A stretch of DNA of 64,000 bases from Flavobacteriales bacterium (GTDB lineage: Bacteria > Bacteroidota > Bacteroidia > Flavobacteriales_F > PHOS-HE28). This document shows, piece by piece, positions 35,201 to 41,946 of this stretch (position 1 is the stretch's first letter; every line of letters begins with the position of its first letter). The stretch lies in NCBI GenBank assembly GCA_026129465.1, contig JAHCIA010000001.1, forward strand, positions 2,181,964 to 2,245,963. Direction: 5' to 3'. Both the position numbers and the translations under genes were made by a program. The notes under the pieces were generated by a model. It was not told where the DNA came from. It searched no databases and saw nothing but the letters and a program-made list of their open reading frames with translations.

Positions 35201-36029
35201 TGACGACACTGAACTGCTGGATGCTCGGCACGAACGTGATCGTGCCCGTCACCGGATCGATCTGCACCGCGTTCGCACCGCCGGAGGTGATGATGGGCTG
35301 CAGGAAACTGTATCCCGGGTTGTAGGGGATCAGCGAGCCGTTGGCGCCCAGGGCCGGTGCCAGCTCGAAGGAGAGCGAGTCGCCATCGATGTCGTTGAAG
35401 CCGTGGTTGTAGCTCACCGTCTGGCCCACGCAGGCGAAGGGCGTGGGGTCGTTGAGGTAGCGCGGTGAGTTGTTGCAGGGCGTGAGGGTGCTGTTCAATT
35501 CAGCGTAGAGGTACAGGTTCCGGCTGCCGGGGTTGTTGAGCGAAGTGATGGCGTTGTTGCGGCAGCACAGGTCCCAGTCGATAAGCCAGTCTGTACCGCA
35601 GGCCGCGTAGGCACTGAGGTCCACCACGGTGCTGTAGCGGTAGCGCTGGATGCCGTACTGACCGGCGGAATTCACGCAACGGTCGACGGCCGACAGGCAG
35701 ATGGGCGTGACGATCTCCACATCGTCCAATCCGAAACAGGGCTCCAGCGTGACGTTGCACTGGTCGCTGCGCATGCGGAAGCGACGGCCATTGTTGCAAT
35801 TGCTCGGGGCCGCCACACCATTGCAGTCGCGATAGAAGTTCAGGCGCACACGATACAGGTTCGGGCCGATGCACTCATAAGTGAGCTCGCCGCCCATGGC
35901 GTGCGTGGCATGCGCTTCCTCCGCGGCACCGATCAGGAACGCGCCCGCGACAGCGAGCAGTCGGACCGACTTCTGGATGGCACCGAGGGACTTCGCAGCG
36001 AGGAGGAACGGGCGTCGTGGTTCAAGCAT
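26280..36029 (-). CDS. Giant (3249 aa) cell-surface adhesin with about 31 tandem ~92-aa Ig-like repeats and a gliding-motility-associated (type-B T9SS) C-terminal domain; SprB-like.
   Basis: Signal peptide, Cys-rich N-terminal region and repeats of the form ANAGPDQ.LCTP...GTWTLVSG.GTI.DP..P.TTVSGL.VG.NVF.WT..NGPC......DQVTI.VFD. C-terminus IPDAFSPNGDGVNDTF...YTGFIYLRR is the CHU_C/TIGR04131-like domain. Confidence 0.8.
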   Translation of the reverse strand: MLEPRRPFLLAAKSLGAIQKSVRLLAVAGAFLIGAAEEAHATHAMGGELTYECIGPNLYRVRLNFYRDCNGVAAPSNCNNGRRFRMRSDQCNVTLEPCFGLDDVEIVTPICLSAVDRCVNSAGQYGIQRYRYSTVVDLSAYAACGTDWLIDWDLCCRNNAITSLNNPGSRNLYLYAELNSTLTPCNNSPRYLNDPTPFACVGQTVSYNHGFNDIDGDSLSFELAPALGANGSLIPYNPGYSFLQPIITSGGANAVQIDPVTGTITFVPSIQQFSVVTVKVSEWRNGVKIGTYLRDVQFAIVVCANNNPSVSGINGTGQFATTVCANEQICFNVAANDIDPGQVVTMTWNSGIPGATFTVTGSPLPTGQFCWTPTPANIGQNLFSVTVADDACILNGVNNYGFVVQVTPPVTPANAGPDQEVCGFTATMQGVLPYPQIGRVWSVVSGSGTFANPNSPTTTVSGLGPGPNVFQWTLDFGTCGTTSDQVTITAYDPGQQVANAGPDQALCTPQTSTMLAANAAAVPATGQWSVVSGTGVFADPGSPTTTVSGLGIGNNVFRWTISNGPCGAPTFDQVTITVFNSGQAAANAGPDQQLCAPANSATLAANAAAAPATGQWTVVSGSGTFVTAASPTTAVNGLSIGPNVLRWTINNGACDPASTFDDLVITVFDPASPAANAGPDQQVCSQGTLLAGNAPLPPATGQWTVITGTGTFVDPASPTTAVNGLSIGTNVFQWTLSNGPCPNGVTTDQVTVVRFDANAVAANAGPDQQLCTPIGQSTATGTLAGNAPTPPSAGTWTLISGSGTITAPGSPTSTVTGLGVGVNVFQWTINNGPCVPSVTSDQVTITVFSSSAPAANAGPDQELCAPVASVTLAANAAFPPGTGQWTVVSGTGVFANAASPTTTVSGMSIGDNVYQWTLSNGPCPGAVTSDQVTIRLFDPAQPAANAGPDQQICGTATTTLIGSPVSFPATGTWTLVSGTGTIVNPTSSTTVVNDILVGESVFQWTVSNGPCGSSSDQVTVQRFSNQNPAANAGPDQSICVPTAPNQVTMAGSVPIFPAIGTWTVVSGGGSFADANSPTTLVTGMSIGVNVFQWTVDNGPCAQGITTDQVTVTVFDAGTPTADAGPDQSLCSSSGSATMAGSALIGPATGLWTLVSGTGTIVSPGDPNTAVTGLAVGQNIFQWTVNNGPCQNGLSTDQMSIFVYDPLQPSADAGSDQSICTTAGNTITLNGSPVIFPATGLWTMSGGPGTIVDPTNPSTLVIDLASGVYSFTWTVNNGVCPDPISSSTLITVVADGNAQPALAGPDQAVCGTAVPVVMAANEPEGVATGQWTVVQGSANFSDPTSHTATVTGLSIGVNILQWNIDNAECGITTDQVTILVFDPNQPPANAGPDQQLCTPQTSTTLVGNALTIPATGQWTLVSGSGTIANPAGPVTAVSGLALGENIFQWSINNGACPNANTSDLVSVFVFASDAQPANAGPDQEICTPQSSVSMAANAVTGSAVGTWTLVNGGGVITAPNDPNTTITGLPVGANTFAWTIDNGSCGTTTDQVTIFVFDAQNPVANAGPDQELCTPQTSTTLAGSAVIFPATGQWTLVSGTGIVADASNPNTTVSGLSVGANVFAWTVENGPCANSLTTDQVTILVFDQSNSAANAGPDQQFCTPVSSTVLAGSTATFPATGLWTVVSGSAVIASPASPTTAVTGLGVGETILAWTVSNGPCDPAQTTDQLSIFIFDETNPVADAGPDQELCTPQTSTTLAGSAVIFPATGLWTLISGGGTIADPTSPTSTVSGLPVGVNVFRWTVSNGPCAQGITFDDVAITVFDENNAVANAGPDQELCTPLTVATLSGSPLIFPATGEWTLVSGQGVITSPNSPVTTVTGLAVGENIFAWTVSNGPCANGITTDQVSIFLFDQNNAQPNAGPDQELCTPNTSTVMQAAPVTFPASGIWTLVSGGGTIADPADPNTTISGLPVGANVFAWTVDNGPCATGVGSDQVTILVFDENNPLADAGPDQQLCTATTTSTTLTGSAVIFPATGEWTLVSGTGTIVSPNSPVTTVLDLEIGTSVFQWTVSNGPCDAGSSDQVTIEVFDLNNAVANAGPDQDLCTPTSSASLSASAVVFPAIGTWTIISGGGIIADPNSPNTTITGLQVGVTVLEWSVDNGPCPGGATSDQLTITLYEQENPLADAGPDQQLCTPTGTTTSTTLFGSNIIFPATGTWTLVSGTGIIASPNSPITGVTGLSIGANTFLWTVSNGVCIDPLTTDLVTILVFDENNPDADAGPDQQVCTPLTSATMAGSPVTFPAEGTWTLIGGQGTITDPNDPNTTITDLGIGVNVFEWTVANGVCPNGVTTSQVTITLFDADAPPADAGPDQELCAPDDTATLTGNEPVGAAIGTWTLVQGTGVIADANAPVTTVSGLEVGENIFVWTLEGGECVTTTDQVSIFVFDPKNADAFAGLDQELCVPQDSVYMAGSPVIFPAQGTWTVVAGAGTPVDPSDPLTLIQGLAIGVNTFQWTVYNGPCSNGLTIDQVTIILYDDTTAAANAGPDLELCLPETSIQLQGETPPPPAQGTWTLISGSGTPVSPNDPNTLITGLAQGINTFVWTLEWDPCPNNGILSDTVSVYVYDPSAPVADAGPDQELCTPDSETNLQGNTPAIPGVGTWTVTQGGSTVVEPNNPNTLVTGLDIGVHEFVWEIYNGQCGFGPPSRDTVRVSVFDGDAPDAMTGDDISWCTPTNSAVLQANDPVFPATGTWTSLSGTGTIADPNDPNTAVFNLGVGQHDFLWTIDNGACGTSSADISVFIFDGNAPPANAGPDQELCTPQTSTTLAGNAPVFPATGLWTLVSGTGTIASPASPTSAVSGLSIGVNTFLWTIDNGPCGTTEDLVTIVVYDQTQGSANAGPDQEICTPASSVTLQANAVGVPAIGTWTIISGSGTLSDPNDPNATLSGLTVGQVTLQWTVDNGPCSNGTTTDQVTIFIFDGGAQAAAAGPDQSYCTPITQAVTMFASSPVPPGTGIWSLASGAGNIADPSSPFTAITGLGLGTNVFVWTIDNGACGSTSDEMVIQVFDHTVPPADAGPDQQFCQDVSTTNLDAVPATSTAFGAWSLLMGTGNIVDAFDPMTLVTGMQQGNNWFVWTVDNGVCGTTADTMLVFIKDCLTLTIPDAFSPNGDGVNDTFVIRNLESYPNNSFQVFNRWGNKILDRSPYNNDWDGTSQYGAVFGEKLPESTYYYVLDLGNDTEAYTGFIYLRR
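26580..34800 (-). repeat. Tandem array of about 31 276-bp coding repeats inside the adhesin gene.
   Basis: The period is visible in the protein sequence and as series of reading frames on both strands. Confidence 0.7.
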
Positions 36030-36299
36030 GGACCTTCCGGTATGTGGCCCCGTCCGATCATGCGGGCCTTCAAGCTCGTCCGAGAAATGTTCCTCCTGAT
36101 CGCCGGGCCATCCATTGGACCGCCCTGTCGTCCGGGGGTCACTTCCGCCAGTGGGCGCCGGTCCTAGGACCGCGATAGGGCTTGCAGGGCATGATCAACG
36201 GCAGGGTTCCCGGCAAACGTAGACGCGCCGCAAGCCGCGCCGGGTGCGGCTTCCTGCCACGTTGTCAACACCGGCGTGTGGACCCGGGCGTGGGTCCGC

Positions 36300-36638
36300 T
36301 CAGCGCGAATGGCGCCGCACGAAGTCCTGCCAGGCGTCGTATTGGCGCATGGTCAGCACCCCGCGGATCTCACTTTTGCGGGCTTGGGCCAATGACCGCA
36401 AACGCGCGTCGCGATCGGCTTCCGAACGAGGAGCCTCGGCCATGGCCTTGCGCAACTCTGCACGGTAGTCCTCCTCGATCACGCGCAATCGGCGTACCTG
36501 GTCCTGCGGCAGGCCCCAGGTCATCATCAGGCTGTCGGGCAAGGGGTCCCAACCCACCCTGGACAATAAGGCGGTATCCTGGGCAGATATCGTGGCCGTG
36601 AAGAGGCCGATCAGCACGATGAGGATGATGGTACGCAT
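36300..36638 (-). CDS. Hypothetical secreted protein upstream of the adhesin operon.
   Basis: Start MRTIILIVLIGLFTATISAQ at 36638 (signal peptide). Charged helical remainder. Confidence 0.45.
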   Translation of the reverse strand: MRTIILIVLIGLFTATISAQDTALLSRVGWDPLPDSLMMTWGLPQDQVRRLRVIEEDYRAELRKAMAEAPRSEADRDARLRSLAQARKSEIRGVLTMRQYDAWQDFVRRHSR

Positions 36639-36831
36639 CTCCGGAGGAACGTTGGGACGAAAGATGGTGGACAAGTAACGGGCCAAGAGCCTGATCGTGC
36701 ATACTTCAACCGGTCTGTTGATATCCTGCCCCTTCAAGGAACCGGTTCCGGTTGATAACCCCTTCCCGGCCAGGCCCCCCTACCCACCCCGTTCACGGTA
36801 GGTTCGATCCACATTAACCAAACCCGCGACC

Positions 36832-37257
36832 ATGGATACAAGGATGCTACTCGCAGGTCTCGCCGCTGGCGTGGCCGGATTCCTCGCCGGATGGGTACTC
36901 TTCGGCATGCTGCTCATGGGCTACTACGAAGCCAACATGATCAGCTATGAGGGCTTGATGAAGGGGGAGGGTGAGATGAACCTGGGTGTATTGTTCCTGG
37001 GCAATGTGTTCTTCGGCCTGCTCTTGTCCTGGGCGGCCTGGCGCATGGGCGCCACCAACGCCATGGGCGGTCTGCGCACCGGCCTGGTCATCGGCGTACT
37101 GGTCTATGCCAGCATGGCGATGATGTTCTACAGCATGTGGAATCTTTACGCCAATGCCACGGCGATGGTGGTGGACGTGCTGGCCAACACGGCATGGGCG
37201 GGTATCATGGGCCTGGTGGCCGGCCTGGTGCTGGGCATGGGGAAGAAAGCGGCTTGA
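36832..37257 (+). CDS. Hypothetical small integral membrane protein with about four TM helices.
   Basis: Hydrophobic segments (LLAGLAAGVAGFLAGWVLFGMLLMGYY, etc.). Confidence 0.5.
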   Translation: MDTRMLLAGLAAGVAGFLAGWVLFGMLLMGYYEANMISYEGLMKGEGEMNLGVLFLGNVFFGLLLSWAAWRMGATNAMGGLRTGLVIGVLVYASMAMMFYSMWNLYANATAMVVDVLANTAWAGIMGLVAGLVLGMGKKAA

Positions 37258-37320
37258 ACGAAGCTTGATGCGATGTCCCGCAGGTGGGCCTACCGGCATC
37301 TGCGGGACATGCCTCTTCCC

Positions 37321-38988
37321 TCAGCGCCGCTGCCCGGGCACTTGGGCCGGGCGTTGACCGCCTGCTGGTGGCGCTCTCTGGGGCAGCGCTTTCTTGACCT
37401 GCCCATCCTCGTACTCCACGCTCTTGGTGGGCTTGCCATGGCGGTCGTAAAAGGTCATGGTGCCATGCAGGCGGCCTTCACGGTAGGTCATCTCCTGCAC
37501 CAGGCGGCCGCGCTGGTCGTACACTTTGCACGCGCCGTGCGGGTCGCCGTTCTGATAATGCTGTTCGCGCATCTTCACCCCGGCATCATCGAAATAGGTC
37601 CAGGGGCCGGTGGCGCGGCCATCCTTGTAGGTACCCTCGGCGATCGGTGTCCCGTGGATGCTGAAGGTGGTCCACCGCCCGCTCTTCCTTCCCTGCGCAT
37701 AGCTGCCCTGCTCGCGCACCCGCCCACCGATGGACTTCCCTTCAGGGCTTTCGTGGTAGAGCTTCCAAGCGCCGTGCTTCAGATCCTCCTTGTACACGCC
37801 TTCAAAGTCGGGATCGCCGTTGGGGAACCAGCCCTGCCAGACCCCTTCCATCCGGCCGGCCACGAAGCCGCCCATGGTCTGCCGCTGACCGTTGGCGAAC
37901 CAACTGGTCCACTGCCCCTCTTCCTTGCCATTCACATACGGTCCTTCCTGCAGTTTCTGGCCACTCTCGAAGCGTGTGGTCCAGGTGCCGGTCTTCAGTC
38001 CCTGGTCGAAGGCCCCCTTCTTCCAAAGTTGCCCACCTTCATAGTAGTACACCCATTCGCCTTGTTCCTTGTCATCCGCGAAGGTGCCCGTGCTGCTGAG
38101 TTGTCCGTTCGGGTGCCAGTAACGCCAGGCACCCTGCCGCGCGCCCTTGGCGAATGCGCCCTCCATGTCCTTCGCGCCGGTCGCTGTGTACCAGGTCCAC
38201 AAACTGTCCTTGAGCCCGTCGCGGTGGTGGCCGGCCACGTCCAAGCCGCCGTTCGTGCGCCAGCGCGAATACTCCCCATGCAAGCGGCCCTGGTGCCAGC
38301 CTTCGCGCTTTTCCGGCAGGGCGGCCGTGGTCCAGTACTCCCATACGCCGTGCTTCACACCACTGCGGTATCCACCCCTGGCCTTGGGGTTGCCCGCCGG
38401 CCAGTTCTCCACAGAAGGCCCGCTCTTCACGCCCAGCACATAGTTGCTCTCCTCCTGGAGCGCCCCGCTGGCGTAGTAGGTCCGGAGGGTCCCATCGCCG
38501 TTGCGCAGCGTATGCGTGCCGTCGCGGTCCCAGGCCTCCAGCACCAGCACCAACGTGTCCTGCCATCGTTCCACCAGCATGGGCAGGCTGTCCGGATACC
38601 AATAGCGCCATTCGCCGGTCTTCTTTCCATTCGCGTAGTGTCCGCGCTCCATCGGCCTGCCATCACGGTAGTAGCTGGTGCGCAGGCTGTCCTCCACACC
38701 GCGCTTGAACCATCCATCGTGGAGCAGGCCGCCATCCGGATGGAAAATGCGCACGCGGCCGTCGCGCTCGCCGGCCTTGAACTCGGCCTGTTCCAGGAGC
38801 CGGCCCTGCCGGTCGTAGAACTTCCATTCACCCCATTCCCGGCCATTGACCATCAGGCCCTCGCTGCGCTTGATGCCGGCCTTCTCGTCCCAATGGTCCA
38901 CGAAAGGCACCACGGTCTGTGCCGCCATGGGAAGCCACATGGTGTGCGCGAGGAGCGATGCGAGAGCGATGCGCGGGAAGATGGACAT
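37321..38988 (-). CDS. Secreted MORN-repeat protein of the kind often auto-annotated as YwqK-family.
   Basis: Start MSIFPRIALASLL at 38988. More than 15 repeats of G.W..Y..NG.L...G.Y..G...G.W. Confidence 0.65.
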   Translation of the reverse strand: MSIFPRIALASLLAHTMWLPMAAQTVVPFVDHWDEKAGIKRSEGLMVNGREWGEWKFYDRQGRLLEQAEFKAGERDGRVRIFHPDGGLLHDGWFKRGVEDSLRTSYYRDGRPMERGHYANGKKTGEWRYWYPDSLPMLVERWQDTLVLVLEAWDRDGTHTLRNGDGTLRTYYASGALQEESNYVLGVKSGPSVENWPAGNPKARGGYRSGVKHGVWEYWTTAALPEKREGWHQGRLHGEYSRWRTNGGLDVAGHHRDGLKDSLWTWYTATGAKDMEGAFAKGARQGAWRYWHPNGQLSSTGTFADDKEQGEWVYYYEGGQLWKKGAFDQGLKTGTWTTRFESGQKLQEGPYVNGKEEGQWTSWFANGQRQTMGGFVAGRMEGVWQGWFPNGDPDFEGVYKEDLKHGAWKLYHESPEGKSIGGRVREQGSYAQGRKSGRWTTFSIHGTPIAEGTYKDGRATGPWTYFDDAGVKMREQHYQNGDPHGACKVYDQRGRLVQEMTYREGRLHGTMTFYDRHGKPTKSVEYEDGQVKKALPQRAPPAGGQRPAQVPGQRR

Positions 38989-39143
38989 GGCGGGGCGAAA
39001 GTAGCTGCGTGCCGAAGGGCGGCGATGACCCCTGCCGGTCGCTCCATCCACAACGCGAAGGTGATGCGGTATGATATGCCACAGCGAACCCAGGACCGAA
39101 TGGTGCGTTCCTCCGCATGCCGCACGGCTAAATTGCGGCACGG

Positions 39144-41102
39144 ATGCGTGGACGGATGAAGCGGACGGGACTCTTGGCCGGGTTGCTCGGCATGGTGGTG
39201 CTGTTCGCGGCGTGGACCGAGGCCACCCGCCCGGTGCATGGCCCGCACGGGAGGTTGGAACTGGCGTTGCTGCGCGGCGGCAGCGATCTGGAAGTGTATG
39301 TGGGGCAATGGTTCGCCACCGCCGGCCGTTGCGCGGGATGCCATGGGCATGACATCATGGGCATCGCCAGCGTGGACGCGCAGGGCAATGATGTGAACGT
39401 GGTGGACGACTGGCGGAGCACCATGATGGCCAACAGCGCCCGCGATCCCTTCTGGCGGGCGAAGGTGAGCCACGAGGTGCTGTTGAACCCGCAGCACCAG
39501 GAGGCGATCGAAAGCACCTGCCTGGGCTGTCATGCGCCGCTGGGTTTCCATGAGGAACGCCTGCTGGGCCATGCGCCCTTCACCATGGCCATGCTGGACA
39601 GCAGCCGCCTGGGTATGGATGGCGTGAGTTGCCTGGCCTGCCACCAGCAGAGCGAGGCCCTCGCTGGATCATTCTTCAGCGGCCACCTCGAATTCGATTC
39701 GGCACGCGTCTACGGCCCCTACCAGGACGACCTGATCAACGCCGACATCATGGAGTTCTTCGTGGGCTGGCGACCGGGCTTCGGTGAGCACATCATCAAC
39801 AGCAAGGGCTGTGCGGGTTGCCACACCCTGATCACGCACACGTTGGACCTGACCGGAGTGCCCACGGGCGGCCACTTCGTGGAACAGGCGACCTACCACG
39901 AATGGCTCAACAGCGTCTACAGTGTGGACGGCACGCACTGCAACACATGCCACATGCCGCGCATCGACGACCCCATCATCCTCGCGGCGGAATACATTTT
40001 CCTGAACCCCCAATCACCCTTCGGCCTGCATCACCTGGTAGGCGGCAACACCCACATGCTGCGGCTGATGAAGCAGAACCGCGAGCTGCTTGGCATCCCC
40101 GCCACCGAGGCGCAGTTCGACAGCACCATCGCACGAACCGAGCGCTTGTTGAAACAGTACACCCTCGACCTGGAGTTGTGGAGCACCGGTCGCACGGAGG
40201 ACACGGCCTATTTCGCCCTTCGGCTCACGAACCGCGCGGGACACCGTTTCCCCAGCGGCTATCCCTCGCGCCGCGCTTTTATCACCTTCGTGGTGCTCGA
40301 TGCTAAGAACGACACGGTCTTCAAGAGCGGTGTCCTCGGCGGCGACCTGGAAGTGCAGGGGCACGGATCGCCCTATGAGCCGCACCACGATTTGATCAGC
40401 TCCATGGAGCAGGTGCAGGTCTACGAGCTGGTGATGGGCGACGTGACCGGCAGCGTGACCACCGTGCTCGAGCGCGCGAACGAGCCGCTCAAGGACAATC
40501 GGCTTCCACCGCTTGGCTTCACCACTTCGCATCCGGTGTACGACACCACACGCATCGCCGGTGTGCCAGCCAGCGACATCGACTTCAACCGCGATGCGCT
40601 GGGCCAGGAAGGCAGTGGCAGCGACATGGTGCGCTACCATGTGCCGACGCTGGGGAACAATGGTGCGTTGCGCGCCTTCGCCAGCGTGTACTACCAGCCG
40701 GTACCGCCCGGATGGAACGCCGAGATGTTCAGCCACTCGAGCCCGGAGATCGATGCCTTCCGCGACATGCTGGCGGCCAGCGACGGCAGCCCCACACGCG
40801 TGGCGGCCGATTCGCTGCTTCTCGGTCCCGTGGGGATGACGGAGTTCGCCGCGAATGCCGTGGTGGTACACCCCAACCCCACGGCGGATGGCGTGGTGCA
40901 TGCAACGGCGAAAGGAAGCGCACGGATCGAAGTGCATGGCGTGTACGATGCGATGGGCCGCCGAATTCCCGCCACGGTGGAGCGCATGGAACATGGGCTG
41001 CGGATCATGCTGCCCGCCACGCCGGGCGTCTACCACCTGTTGCTGCGCGTGGACGGCACGGAAGTGCTGAAACGCGTGGTGCGACATGCCGGCGCACGGT
41101 GA
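39144..41102 (+). CDS. Pentaheme c-type cytochrome with a T9SS C-terminal sorting domain.
   Basis: Signal peptide (MKRTGLLAGLLGMVVLFAAW). Five CxxCH motifs: CAGCH, CLGCH, CLACH, CAGCH, CNTCH. CTD VVVHPNPTADGVV...GVYHLLLRVDG. Confidence 0.7.
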   Translation: MRGRMKRTGLLAGLLGMVVLFAAWTEATRPVHGPHGRLELALLRGGSDLEVYVGQWFATAGRCAGCHGHDIMGIASVDAQGNDVNVVDDWRSTMMANSARDPFWRAKVSHEVLLNPQHQEAIESTCLGCHAPLGFHEERLLGHAPFTMAMLDSSRLGMDGVSCLACHQQSEALAGSFFSGHLEFDSARVYGPYQDDLINADIMEFFVGWRPGFGEHIINSKGCAGCHTLITHTLDLTGVPTGGHFVEQATYHEWLNSVYSVDGTHCNTCHMPRIDDPIILAAEYIFLNPQSPFGLHHLVGGNTHMLRLMKQNRELLGIPATEAQFDSTIARTERLLKQYTLDLELWSTGRTEDTAYFALRLTNRAGHRFPSGYPSRRAFITFVVLDAKNDTVFKSGVLGGDLEVQGHGSPYEPHHDLISSMEQVQVYELVMGDVTGSVTTVLERANEPLKDNRLPPLGFTTSHPVYDTTRIAGVPASDIDFNRDALGQEGSGSDMVRYHVPTLGNNGALRAFASVYYQPVPPGWNAEMFSHSSPEIDAFRDMLAASDGSPTRVAADSLLLGPVGMTEFAANAVVVHPNPTADGVVHATAKGSARIEVHGVYDAMGRRIPATVERMEHGLRIMLPATPGVYHLLLRVDGTEVLKRVVRHAGAR

Positions 41103-41893
41103 TGGAGACCACCCTGGCTTCCATCCATGTGTATCCGATCAAATCGCTCGGCGGGTTCAGCGCTGCGGAAGCGCCGCTCACGGACCGCGGTCTTCAACAC
41201 GACCGCCGCTGGATGCTCGTGGATGGGCAGGGGCGCTTCCTCTCCCAACGTGAGGTGGCCGGCATGGCCCGGCTGCACTGCGCGCCGGCCGCCGATGGTT
41301 TTCGCGTGACGGACCTGCGCGATGGGGCGGCGATCGACCTGCCGTGGACGATCGCCACGCATCGGAAGGAACGCGTGAACATCTGGGACGATGCGCTCGA
41401 TGCGCTCCACGGCGAAGCGCGGTGGGACCTCTGGTTCAGCGATCGCCTGGAACGCGAGGTGCGCTTGGTGCACATGCCCGACGCGTCGCAACGCCCCACC
41501 GACCCCACCTATGCGCGGGCCTTCACCTCGCTGAGCGATGGCTTCCCCTATCTCGCCATCTCGCAAGCCTCGCTGGATGAGCTCAACGCGCGCATGTCAT
41601 CGCCGATCCCCATGGACCGTTTCCGCCCCAACCTGGTCATCGCAGGCGGAAGCGCGTTCCAGGAAGACGCGTGGCGCGATGTGATGATCGGCTCCGCGCG
41701 TTTCCAGTTCGTGAAACCCTGCGCGCGCTGTGTGATCACGACCACCGACCAGCGCACCGGCGCGCGCGGGAAGGAGCCGTTGCGCACGCTGGCCACCTTC
41801 CGCAGCGCGGGCCAGAAGGTGATGTTCGGCATGAACGTCGTGGGCGATGTCAGTGGCAAGATCCGTGCTGGCGATGCCGTGCGCCCATTGTGA
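41102..41893 (+). CDS. MOSC-domain protein (MOSC N-terminal beta-barrel plus MOSC).
   Basis: Overlaps the cytochrome stop (TGATG). Motifs IHVYPIKSLGG and RFRPNLVI...CARCVITT. Confidence 0.75.
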   Translation: METTLASIHVYPIKSLGGFSAAEAPLTDRGLQHDRRWMLVDGQGRFLSQREVAGMARLHCAPAADGFRVTDLRDGAAIDLPWTIATHRKERVNIWDDALDALHGEARWDLWFSDRLEREVRLVHMPDASQRPTDPTYARAFTSLSDGFPYLAISQASLDELNARMSSPIPMDRFRPNLVIAGGSAFQEDAWRDVMIGSARFQFVKPCARCVITTTDQRTGARGKEPLRTLATFRSAGQKVMFGMNVVGDVSGKIRAGDAVRPL

Positions 41894-41946
41894 GCGGCGA
41901 CCGCTTCGATCGAACCGAGCGACCTTTGGGGCGTCCCATACATTCC

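Noticed and set aside
27960-35468. 2502-aa ORF on the plus strand, plus many other 70-340-aa plus-strand ORFs, across 26.4-35.5 kb.
   Set aside because: Antisense to the giant adhesin gene. The translation is Gly/Arg/His/Val/Ala-rich junk with the same 276-bp periodicity. The minus-strand product has a signal peptide, coherent repeats and a recognisable T9SS CTD.
36790-36830. GGTTCGATCC...ACCA motif, resembling a tRNA T-loop and CCA end.
   Set aside because: The putative T-stem cannot pair (GTAGG against CACAT) and no acceptor or anticodon arms can be folded. Most likely a promoter-region coincidence.
37321-38988. Toxin-antitoxin role for the YwqK-like protein.
   Set aside because: It is a 555-aa secreted protein made only of MORN-type repeats, with no adjacent toxin gene. 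The YwqK label reflects repeat similarity only.
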